The notes under the pieces are model-generated. The model did no database searches and had not been told where the DNA came from. It saw only the letters and a program-made list of their open reading frames with translations. A stretch of 64,000 bases of DNA, taken from positions 32,001 through 96,000 of IMG/VR virus record IMGVR_UViG_3300025736_000010; one strand, given 5' to 3'. This DNA comes from a virus. Positions 26,825 through 35,700 of the stretch are shown piece by piece. Position numbers and translations under genes: made by a program. How positions within the stretch are numbered: the first letter of the stretch is position 1; each line of letters opens with the position of its first letter.

Positions 26825-28470
26825 GGGCCGCACTTTTAACAAACCAACTATTTTTATGGGAAAACCCAAACGAACTAGCAATAGGCGGAGGAGAACGGTT
26901 TTCGCTACAGTTTGCGCAATTGCTATTAGATCTTGGATACGAAGTTCATATATATCAGTATTCTCCGGTAGGATTTGACAAAATGCACAATGGAACGCAC
27001 GTTCACGGCATTCCTAATTTCAAAGGCGACGGACTATTGTGGACTGGAATGTGCGATTACTTTTACGATTACACGAAGCGCTTTGATCGTGTGTTTATTA
27101 ATCTTCCTGATTTCGCGGCTGGTAAAGTTCGCGGCGACGCAACGCTAATTACGCACGGGGTTCTCTGGTGCAATAAGCCAGTCGGCGAACTACCTGACGA
27201 TAAGAAAGAAAAACTTTGTAAGATATGGAGCAAGGTTTATAAGAATGTTGTCGTCCATGAATTTACGAGAGAAACAATTCGAGAACTTGGGTTAGACGAT
27301 GTTGCAGATAAGATAGTTTGCATAGGTAACTATGTTGATACAGATATATTTAAGCCAGCCAATAAGAAGCCAATTATTATATTTCCTGGCAGAGCGGAGG
27401 TTTTCAAGGGGACAGGACTAATGCAGGAAGTACTTGAGCGTCTTTCTGATACTGGTTGGGAGGTGGCGTGGGTTGGGGATGGAGCACAGTTTGATAAACT
27501 AAAGACGCTGGAAGACAAGTATAGTAATTTTAGCGCAATAAGCGTTCCTTTAGACACAATGCATGAAGTTTATTCACACGCATCAATATGTATGGTGTTT
27601 AATATATCATCTCGCGGTAACAGCTTGACGTTGATGGAGAGCATGGCTAGCGGTTGTGCGTGTATCGGAATTGACGGCGGAACAACGCTTATAGAAGATA
27701 AAGTAAACGGATTGTTGTGTAAGCCTAATGCGCAGGATGTGGCTGACAAAATTAAGCAGTTAATTGCAGATGAGGATCTACGCAACAGGCTTGGTTTTCA
27801 AAGCCGGAAAGACATTATTAGCGAACACAACAAAGAAAAGTGGGAAAGAGAATGGATTAATGTAATAGATGGAGAGGGAGGAAATATGACAGACATTTAC
27901 CAAGAACGCTATGTAAAGCACCAAGAGGCTAAGAAGAATATGACGGCTACAGATAAAAAGCCAGAATACACAGACACAGAGATTATGACGCTATTTAAGG
28001 TAATGCACGAACGCAGAAGCCAGAGATTGTTTAACGATGACAATATAGATACAGACAGGCTAAAGGGTATTATGAAAGCCGCAGAACTTGCTCCTTCTTC
28101 ATGTAATCGCAAAGCCGTTAGGGCAGAATTGATTAGGTCGGAACATGATATATCGTTGTTGTCGAAGCTTCTTGTAGGTGGATCTGGTTGGTTAGAAAAT
28201 GCGAACGCTGTTGTGTTGTTGCTTGCTGATATGGCCGCATATAAATCGCCAGCAGAGGTTGGGTTTATGCCGTTTCTTGACGCAGGCGTGATTGCGCAGA
28301 ATATCTATCTTATCGGTGAGGCTCTTGGCGTTGGTGCGTGTTTCGTTAATCCAAATATTCGCGAGGCTGACAAGGAAGAATTTGATTCGTCGTTTTTGCC
28401 AGATGGATATCGATTCTGTGGAGCACTTGCTCTTGGGAATTATGATTTAAGGGAGGCAAAGCACGCTTGA
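26821..28470 (+). CDS. GT4 glycosyltransferase fused to a nitroreductase-like domain
   Basis: GGGER, GR...KG, VGDG, LMESMASG; C-terminal RRSQR.F, APSSCNR, DAG..AQN..L...LGVG. Confidence 0.85.
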   Translation: MRAALLTNQLFLWENPNELAIGGGERFSLQFAQLLLDLGYEVHIYQYSPVGFDKMHNGTHVHGIPNFKGDGLLWTGMCDYFYDYTKRFDRVFINLPDFAAGKVRGDATLITHGVLWCNKPVGELPDDKKEKLCKIWSKVYKNVVVHEFTRETIRELGLDDVADKIVCIGNYVDTDIFKPANKKPIIIFPGRAEVFKGTGLMQEVLERLSDTGWEVAWVGDGAQFDKLKTLEDKYSNFSAISVPLDTMHEVYSHASICMVFNISSRGNSLTLMESMASGCACIGIDGGTTLIEDKVNGLLCKPNAQDVADKIKQLIADEDLRNRLGFQSRKDIISEHNKEKWEREWINVIDGEGGNMTDIYQERYVKHQEAKKNMTATDKKPEYTDTEIMTLFKVMHERRSQRLFNDDNIDTDRLKGIMKAAELAPSSCNRKAVRAELIRSEHDISLLSKLLVGGSGWLENANAVVLLLADMAAYKSPAEVGFMPFLDAGVIAQNIYLIGEALGVGACFVNPNIREADKEEFDSSFLPDGYRFCGALALGNYDLREAKHA

Positions 28471-28495
28471 CAAACTCCGAAAAATAGTGTATAAT
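28467..28495 (+). promoter_or_regulatory. sigma70-type promoter for a short non-coding unit
   Basis: TTGACA-17-TATAAT. Confidence 0.75.
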
Positions 28496-28500
28496 CACTA

Positions 28501-28555
28501 ACGTTACTCTTCTTTGTTGCTCCCGGCCCTGAGAAATCGGGGCCTCTCCTTTGTT
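28501..28555 (+). ncRNA. candidate small RNA (~55 nt)
   Basis: Between a consensus promoter and a GAAA-tetraloop hairpin; no ORF. Confidence 0.4.
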
Positions 28556-28562
28556 AATACAC

Positions 28563-28591
28563 TTGACTTTTACACAAAAATATGTTATAAT
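28563..28591 (+). promoter_or_regulatory. sigma70-type promoter
   Basis: TTGACT-17-TATAAT. Confidence 0.75.
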
Positions 28592-28614
28592 AGGTTAATA
28601 AGGAGAGTGAAAAT

Positions 28615-29127
28615 ATGAAAGCAAGTGAACTAAGAAAGAAGATCAGTGTAAAGTATGCAGAGGGTATTGTTAAGACGGATGATGGCAAAGAGGTAGTTGT
28701 TCGATTTCCGTTGTTAACATCCGGTGACTGGGGAGAGTTCAAGGACATGACATCCATTGATATCTGGGATCTCTTGCTTTCCGTCAGTGCAGGCTCGGAC
28801 AGTGCGAAAGTTGCCGATATGAACGAAGATGAATTGGCAGAGCATCAGAAAGAGACAAGTATTAATCTGCTTAAGAAGATCGATCAGAAGTCGCAGATTG
28901 TTATGATCTATCTATCTCTAAGACGAGATGACGAAGAAGTAGAAATGGACGACGTTGACTGGATTGTGTCATACGGTATGAATCAGTCGGAATACATCAA
29001 GATTGTTAACTTCTTGCTATACGGCGTAACTTCTGAGCAAGTAAAGGATCTCCAGGAAGACGGTGATACAAAAAACGAGCCAAAGGACAAGACGGCCAAA
29101 GTTGGGGATACGGAGGAAGATCTATAA
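28615..29127 (+). CDS. tail assembly chaperone (gpG-like)
   Basis: Between tube and tape measure genes; slippery A AAA AAC near the 3' end. Confidence 0.75.
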   Translation: MKASELRKKISVKYAEGIVKTDDGKEVVVRFPLLTSGDWGEFKDMTSIDIWDLLLSVSAGSDSAKVADMNEDELAEHQKETSINLLKKIDQKSQIVMIYLSLRRDDEEVEMDDVDWIVSYGMNQSEYIKIVNFLLYGVTSEQVKDLQEDGDTKNEPKDKTAKVGDTEEDL

Positions 29128-29468
29128 GTTGGGGCGGAATTAAGATATTCTTCGGAAAGTGGTATGGAATAAAAGAGGAGGATATGTGCCAGATGTATTG
29201 GAGCGAGATTCTTGATAACGCTCAGGGCGTAATGATACTTGAGGGAATCGAGAACTCGCGCCAAGCTCTTCCGATGACAGATGCTTCTGGAATGATGTCG
29301 TTTAGGACTCAGCAAAAAGAACAGATGAAAGGAATCTGGGAAATAATGTTCCCACATTCTGTGCAATATCATGAGGAAGAGGCAGAAAAGCTACAAGCGT
29401 TCAAGAGCAGGAAAGAGATGTATCAGAAGATGGCTGACGATATAAATCGGAAGAGGGGTATAAAGTAG
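29070..29468 (+). CDS. tail assembly chaperone -1 frameshift extension (gpGT-like)
   Basis: -1 frame is open from slippery site 29070-29076 into ORF 29184..29468. Confidence 0.7.
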   Translation, partial: KKRAKGQDGQSWGYGGRSISWGGIKIFFGKWYGIKEEDMCQMYWSEILDNAQGVMILEGIENSRQALPMTDASGMMSFRTQQKEQMKGIWEIMFPHSVQYHEEEAEKLQAFKSRKEMYQKMADDINRKRGIK

Positions 29469-29479
29469 ATTAGTGCGCC

Positions 29480-29508
29480 TTGACAAACGGCTGTTGATAG
29501 TGTATAAT
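29480..29508 (+). promoter_or_regulatory. sigma70-type promoter for a short non-coding unit
   Basis: TTGACA-17-TATAAT. Confidence 0.75.
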
Positions 29509-29511
29509 ATC

Positions 29512-29598
29512 GGTGTCGTCTAGGAGACTTGACACTCCAGGATGATACGTATAATATCATTACTTGACAGGAGCCTCGTTATAGCGGGGCTTTTGTCT
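29512..29598 (+). ncRNA. candidate small RNA with three AGGA motifs
   Basis: Promoter, hairpins and terminator GAGCCTCG/CGGGGCTT-TT; no ORF. Confidence 0.45.
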
Positions 29599-29601
29599 TG
29601 C

Positions 29602-29630
29602 TTGACAAACGTTGGGGAATAGTGTATAAT
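29602..29630 (+). promoter_or_regulatory. sigma70-type promoter
   Basis: TTGACA-17-TATAAT. Confidence 0.8.
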
Positions 29631-29665
29631 GGTTAATATACGAAGCACAAGGGAGAGTGATCGAC

Positions 29666-29899
29666 ATGCGAAAAGAAGAGTTGGACTATAATGCAGATGA
29701 TGTAGCATTGATTGGAGAGCGAGAAATAGCTGGCGGAGTATTTGAGATAACTGGTGGTATTGGTCGCTGGATTGAAGTTAACTTAGATGGGAAGGGAGAA
29801 GCACACACTGATTTTCAACGCACAAATATAAAGAGAGACGAATACGGGATAATAATTCTGGAATTTACAGAAATGCTAGATAAATATATCGTTGTTTAG
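29666..29899 (+). CDS. hypothetical protein
   Basis: GGGAG RBS downstream of promoter. Confidence 0.55.
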   Translation: MRKEELDYNADDVALIGEREIAGGVFEITGGIGRWIEVNLDGKGEAHTDFQRTNIKRDEYGIIILEFTEMLDKYIVV

Positions 29900-29910
29900 C
29901 GGGGAGATAT

Positions 29911-30912
29911 ATGGCTAAACGTGTAACTGATGAAGAGAGGGTTAAGATTCTGAGTATGCGCGAACAAGGGATGACATATAAAGCGATTGGTTTAGAGATT
30001 GGAAGGGGGAGAACAACAGTTGCCTCTGTGTGCGATCCTAAATATAAGGCTTATGCAAAAGCATACGGACAGTCACCAGAGCGCAAGGAAAAACAAAAGG
30101 CACGAAGAGCAACGCCAGAATATAAAGCTTATGCTAAAGAGTACAACCAAAGGCCAGAGCAAAAGGCGTATATGAAAGCGTATCGGCACACCCCTCGTTA
30201 TAAAGATGCGAGAAGTTTGTATATGAAGGAATATAAGGACTCTAAGGAGTTCAAGGAGTCTCGCAAGAAATATCGAGAATCGCCAAAAGGAAAGGCTACT
30301 ATAAGAGCTTACGAACAATCTGCGAGCAGGAAGGCACATAGGTCAGCTTATGGAAAAGAATATTGGCAAAGACCGGAAGTTAAAGCAGCCAACATTGCAT
30401 ACAATCAATCTCCTGGGCGCATAGCTTATAGGCAATCGCAAAGACATAAAGATCTAAAGGCTGCCTACGGGAAAGAATATCGCCAAAGGCCAGAGGTCAA
30501 GGCAGCCAGAGAAGCTTATCAACAATCACCAGAATATAAAGCATTTATGAGCGACTATCAAAGGGGTCCTGGGCGGTTAGCGCATAACCTGCGCTCAAGG
30601 CTAACATCGGCAATTTATAGCGACCAAGCTGCTGGCGGCGCAATAGACGATCTTGGATGTACTATAGATGAACTAAGGGAATATCTTGAATTGCAATTTA
30701 AGCCGGGGATGTCTTGGGACAACTGGGCTTTGGATGGCTGGCACATTGACCATATCCGCCCGCTAGCATCATTTGATCTTACAGACCGCGCTCAATTTTT
30801 GGAGGCGTGCCACTACACAAACTTGCAGCCATTATGGGCAGAGGAGAATTGGAGCAAGGGCGACAGGTTGGATGTTGATGAGCATAAAATCACAGACAAC
30901 GGAGGTGATTAA
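29911..30912 (+). CDS. HNH-type endonuclease with HTH and long Tyr-periodic repeat arm
   Basis: LGC....L..YLE.QF..GM.WDN...WHIDHIRPLASFDL...HYTNLQPLWAEEN. Confidence 0.85.
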   Translation: MAKRVTDEERVKILSMREQGMTYKAIGLEIGRGRTTVASVCDPKYKAYAKAYGQSPERKEKQKARRATPEYKAYAKEYNQRPEQKAYMKAYRHTPRYKDARSLYMKEYKDSKEFKESRKKYRESPKGKATIRAYEQSASRKAHRSAYGKEYWQRPEVKAANIAYNQSPGRIAYRQSQRHKDLKAAYGKEYRQRPEVKAAREAYQQSPEYKAFMSDYQRGPGRLAHNLRSRLTSAIYSDQAAGGAIDDLGCTIDELREYLELQFKPGMSWDNWALDGWHIDHIRPLASFDLTDRAQFLEACHYTNLQPLWAEENWSKGDRLDVDEHKITDNGGD

Positions 30913-30913
30913 C

Positions 30914-31171
30914 GTGAACCTTAAAATTCTTGTTAAGGACGACTACTACAAGGGCGTATTTATTGACGGAGAGCCAATTCCAGAAGTCTATTTAGTTGAA
31001 ATTAAAATAGCTACTCCTAGCGACGATAGTAACACTATCAAGGTATATCGCTACAAGAAAGAAAACGACAAAATTGTCATAGTAGATGATGAAGCAGTAA
31101 CAATCATCGACGAGTACTTGGTTAAGGGCGAGATTGTCTTTGATACGGAAGTAATTCCAGTAGAAAAATAG
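30914..31171 (+). CDS. hypothetical protein
   Basis: GGAGGT RBS, GTG start. Confidence 0.55.
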   Translation: MNLKILVKDDYYKGVFIDGEPIPEVYLVEIKIATPSDDSNTIKVYRYKKENDKIVIVDDEAVTIIDEYLVKGEIVFDTEVIPVEK

Positions 31172-31182
31172 AGGGGGCAGAC

Positions 31183-31566
31183 ATGAGTGATAAAATAAGG
31201 GTGTATACGAAAAATGCGCCAAGTTTAGAAAGCCTGCAAGAGATGCAAGCGACACGTGACTGTTTAGAGGATGAAGCCGATGAGATTGCAGAACAAATAA
31301 GGTCGGCGGAGGCCGTATATCACAAGACCAGAGTATTTGCTGACCCAGATTGGTATTGCCGTGCTAAGAACGCTCTCAAGATTAAGCGCAAAATGAAGGC
31401 CCGCCTTGATCGAACTATTAGCCTGCATCGGAAATCTGAGAGCGAGAAAAAGTCAGCTACCTTTGAGCGATTCTTTATCGAAGAGGCTCGCAGTGTCTTG
31501 TCAACCGAGGAATTCGACAGCATAATTGAATCTACAAAACGAAGAACAGACGTAAGCCAACTTTAG
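31183..31566 (+). CDS. hypothetical protein
   Basis: GAGGGG RBS; helical protein with D..W..RA..AL motif. Confidence 0.6.
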   Translation: MSDKIRVYTKNAPSLESLQEMQATRDCLEDEADEIAEQIRSAEAVYHKTRVFADPDWYCRAKNALKIKRKMKARLDRTISLHRKSESEKKSATFERFFIEEARSVLSTEEFDSIIESTKRRTDVSQL

Positions 31567-31614
31567 ATAAGACACAAGCGTAGTCCCTACTTTCTTGATG
31601 CATCTCCTTTCACT

Positions 31615-31643
31615 AGGCTTCGGGTAAAACCGAGGCCTTTTTC
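31615..31643 (+). terminator. rho-independent terminator
   Basis: AGGCTTCGG-loop-CCGAGGCCT followed by a U tract. Confidence 0.8.
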
Positions 31644-31656
31644 TATGTAAATACAC

Positions 31657-31685
31657 TTGACTTTTCCCCTAATATATGGTATAAT
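31657..31685 (+). promoter_or_regulatory. sigma70-type promoter (extended -10)
   Basis: TTGACT-17-TATAAT with TGn. Confidence 0.75.
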
Positions 31686-31772
31686 AGTAAGAATAGAAGA
31701 ATAGCGCAAAGAAAGAACGTAAGCGAATAAGAGGGATGTTTGATAAAAAATGGGGAGAGGGGTATCGAATAG

Positions 31773-32711
31773 ATGGGCGTAAAAAGAGTAACGCCGGAAG
31801 AAAGCGCCTTAATGATAACTGCATACGAGAATGGAGCTACTGGGAAAGAAGCTGCTGCTCTTTGCGGTAAGTCTACACGTACATTTTATGGCGTTCTGAG
31901 AAGGGCTGGTAAAGAGTCTAGAGGCAATAGGAAGTATTCGCTCGACGAGGACTTCTTTGGGGTTATAGACTCTGAAGAGAAGGCATACTGGTTGGGATTT
32001 ATAGCCGCTGATGGCGGGGTTTATAAGCGCACGCTTGAAATTACATTAAAATCATCCGACGTAGGACATTTAAGAAAATTTGCCTCTGCTATTAATTCAG
32101 ATTGCCCAATCAAAGGGATTAGAAAAGATGGAATAATAACAAAATATAGAATACGAATAAACTCGGTGAAGGTTGTAAAAGATCTGAGTATGCTTGGGAT
32201 CGTTCCGAATAAAACTTTCATTGTGCGCCCAACACCGGGCATTTCAAAATCTCTGTTAAGACATTATTGGAGAGGAGTAGTAGATGGGGATGGTTGTTTG
32301 CGTATTTTTAAAAGCCATCGATCTACTGGCAAATTACAGGCACGAGTTGCACTTGCTGGTAGTTTTTGGATAGTCGATGGGTTTAGAGAGTTTGTTTTGG
32401 GGTTTACGAATTCGCGTACAAAGCCATATAAAAAGGAAAACATATTTCAAATAGATTATTGTGGCCTCGGGCTTCCGCAAAATATTGTGTCTGTGTTATA
32501 TAGCAATGTGCGTATCGCGCTAGACAGAAAAGACGATCTTGCAAAACAAATATTAGCATTAAAAAAGTTTGAATCAAAATATATTCATATAACAAAAGAT
32601 ATTATTCTTTCCGCATATAAGGATGCAGGGAGTTGGAAGGGTGCTGCCCGCAAACTAGCAATTCCAGAGACAAGCTTGTGTCGTATCCGCGACAATCTTA
32701 TGGTGATATAA
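31773..32711 (+). CDS. LAGLIDADG homing endonuclease
   Basis: KAYWLGFIAADG and RHYWRGVVDGDG. Confidence 0.9.
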   Translation: MGVKRVTPEESALMITAYENGATGKEAAALCGKSTRTFYGVLRRAGKESRGNRKYSLDEDFFGVIDSEEKAYWLGFIAADGGVYKRTLEITLKSSDVGHLRKFASAINSDCPIKGIRKDGIITKYRIRINSVKVVKDLSMLGIVPNKTFIVRPTPGISKSLLRHYWRGVVDGDGCLRIFKSHRSTGKLQARVALAGSFWIVDGFREFVLGFTNSRTKPYKKENIFQIDYCGLGLPQNIVSVLYSNVRIALDRKDDLAKQILALKKFESKYIHITKDIILSAYKDAGSWKGAARKLAIPETSLCRIRDNLMVI

Positions 32712-32712
32712 T

Positions 32713-35700
32713 ATGCCCGCACTCGGAGCAATGGCTGGATCTGCTGTTACTGGCAATATAGGGAGCGCATGGGTAACTGTAGGAGCGAATACAAGCCAGC
32801 TTGTTAGTGGTATGGGCGCAGCGACAACGTCCATGAAGACATTTGGAAAAGCTGCTATGGTCCTGTATGCTGTTGTCGCTGCTGTTAAAGCAACTACAAG
32901 CGCATTCATTGAATTTGATCGCCAATTGAAAAACACATGGACATTGCTCGATTCGTCATCTAAACAGATGGACGCTACAGGCAATAGTGTAAGGACAATG
33001 GCTAGGCAGTATCAAACAGGCGCTGCCGAGGCACAAGAAGCGCTTTATCATATCGTCAGCGCCACCTTCTATAATGCAGATGCCATGCGCATTCTAGAAG
33101 AAGCCACCAAAGGCGCAGCCGCTGGACTTGCATCTCTTGGCTCTACCGGCGACATGCTCACAACTGTATTGAATGCGTATAGAATGTCTGCTAGCGAGGC
33201 TACTACAATTAGTGATTATTTGTTCCAGACAATCCGTTACGGGAAGTGTGTGACAGGCGATACTAGAGTTCTTCTGTCAAACGGAAAATACGAGAGAATC
33301 GATGGTTTAGAGAATGGCGCAGAGGTTGTCTCGTTTGATGGTGAGCGTTTTGTTCCTAAAAACGCTGAATGGGTATATCAAGGTGAAAAGATTGTTGTAA
33401 AACTTACGACACAACTGGGTCGCGAGATTAAAACGACATTTAATCATCCTTATCTTACAAAAGACGGCTGGAAAAAGGTGATGGACCTTTCTGTCGGTGA
33501 TGAGATAGCAGTACCGACAAACATCCCATACTTTGGTAACGTTCATGTTGATAAGAATAAAGCAGCGTTCTTAGGCTTATGGATTGCTGAGAGTGCGCCA
33601 GAAGCCGGTTGCCCGAGGATAACAACCTCTCTATATAAAGACAAGCTAGAAGAAGTTGCTAAATATTTTGGATGCACTATTAATAATGTTGAGAAAAGGC
33701 CTGGCAAGACTCCGGTGTACGATTTCTCTAATAACTATAACGGGAATAAGGCGATGGAGTTCTTGCGCGAAACTGGGCTAGACAACTGCACTACTGCGAC
33801 AAAATACGTGCCAGATGAAGTGTTTTCTTGGGACAAAGAATCAGTGGCTGAGTTTTTGCATTGGTATTTTAACGGTGATGGGTGGTTGAACAGGGGGATA
33901 GATAAAGGGCGAGGGTATAATCACCAGCTTGGCGTTTGTTCAAAGTCAGAAATCCTTATTAGGCAAGTTAGCCATCTATTATTGCGCTTTGGCATTGTAG
34001 GCAGAGTTAGGAAGAGACGATACTCTGAAAAAATAATAAAGAGCCTTGTAAGAGAGAACAATAACGAGTTTTGGGTATGGGAATGTGCTAGGAACACTGA
34101 TATACGTAGATTTGTAAAATTTATAGGAATAGACAGGGAATTTGCTGAAGAGGCTGCTAATAGACCATTCGCCGAAAGGCGCGATCATGCTAACTGTAAA
34201 ATATCGTCTGATGATGTGATTAGCATTCACGAGCTATACGCAGCTGGTGAACATACCGCCACGGAAATATCAAAGATGTTCGGCATTAGCCAACAGTACG
34301 TTTCTGATATTGTACGCGGAAAGAGAAGAGGGGAAAGTCTTGTATTCCCTAAATCACTTGACGTTAAAACACACTATAGATATGACAAGATAGTTGAGAT
34401 CGAAGAACTGCATAAAGAGAAGGTATACGATTTAGTTGTTCCAGATTTGCACAACTTTGTCGCGGAAGATATTATTGCCCACAATACCACCATGTCAGAG
34501 CTGGCGCACCAAATGGGTCGTTTGAGCGGAGTTGCTGCGCCGGTAGGTGCCTCATTCTCGGATATGAGTGCAGCAGTGGCGACGCTAACAAGACAAGGAA
34601 TTAGAACTGACTGGGCAATCACGAGTCTGCGCCAAACTCTCATGCAATTCATCAAACCTGTTAAAAATCTCAAAATGGCGCTGAAATCTCTTGGATATGA
34701 GTCAGGTGCTGTGCTAATCAAGCAAGAAGGGTTTGCTGGCGCGCTGAAGCTGATCACTAAATACGCTGAAGAAAACGGCATTGAGATGGAGCAAATGTTC
34801 ACCAACGTTCGTGCCATCACTGCTGTTCTTCCTTTGGCCACGACTGCTGCTGGCGAGTACGCAAAAGATCTTGACAGAATGGCGCATTCTAGTGGCGCCG
34901 CAACTGCTGCGTTTGAAAAACAGACTCAATCATGGTCATATCAGATACAAAAGTTTACTACAATGCTTAATGATTTTGCTATTAGCCTGGGCGAGCTATT
35001 AATGCCAGCACTGAAGGGCGTAATGGTGGTTATAGAGGGAATTACAACCGCGTTGCGGCCCGTTTTGGCGTTATTTAAGATGCTCGGAGGGGATCTTTTA
35101 TTGGGGGTCGTTTCAACTGCCGGGGCTATGGCTGTTGCTGTGTGGTTGTCCGTAAAGGCGTGGGCTGCATTAGCGGCAACGGTGTCGAAGGCGGCAGCCG
35201 CGATGGGGATTGCTACGGCGGCTACTGTTGCTTTAACGAAGGCCCAACAAGCATTAGCCTTGTCTACATATACAACTGGCGGACTTATTCCGAACGTTTC
35301 TATGGCTTTTGCTGGAGGGGCTACCGGTGCCGCTGGGACGGTTGGATTTTTAGCATCGTTAAAAAAATCAATAGGTAAAATTATTTCAAAGTTTGGTGCC
35401 TTGAAGTTGTTGGGGGCGGGCCTGGCCGGGGCTTTTGCAGTTAAACAAATAATGAATATTGAGGTCGAGCCCGTTATAAAGATGGGACAGGTGCAAGGGG
35501 GCGCGACAGCAAGGAAGGCCCTAAGTGATTCGCTGAATAATGTGCTTGGTGGGGTTGCTGGTGGAGCAGTAATGGGGGCTATGATTGGCGGGCCGTGGGG
35601 AGCGCTTGCTGGTGGCGTGACGGCCGGTGTTGGCATAATAATAAGAATAGTCCATGAAATAAGAACAACTCAAGCAGAACTAGACGCTCCAAGAATAGAA

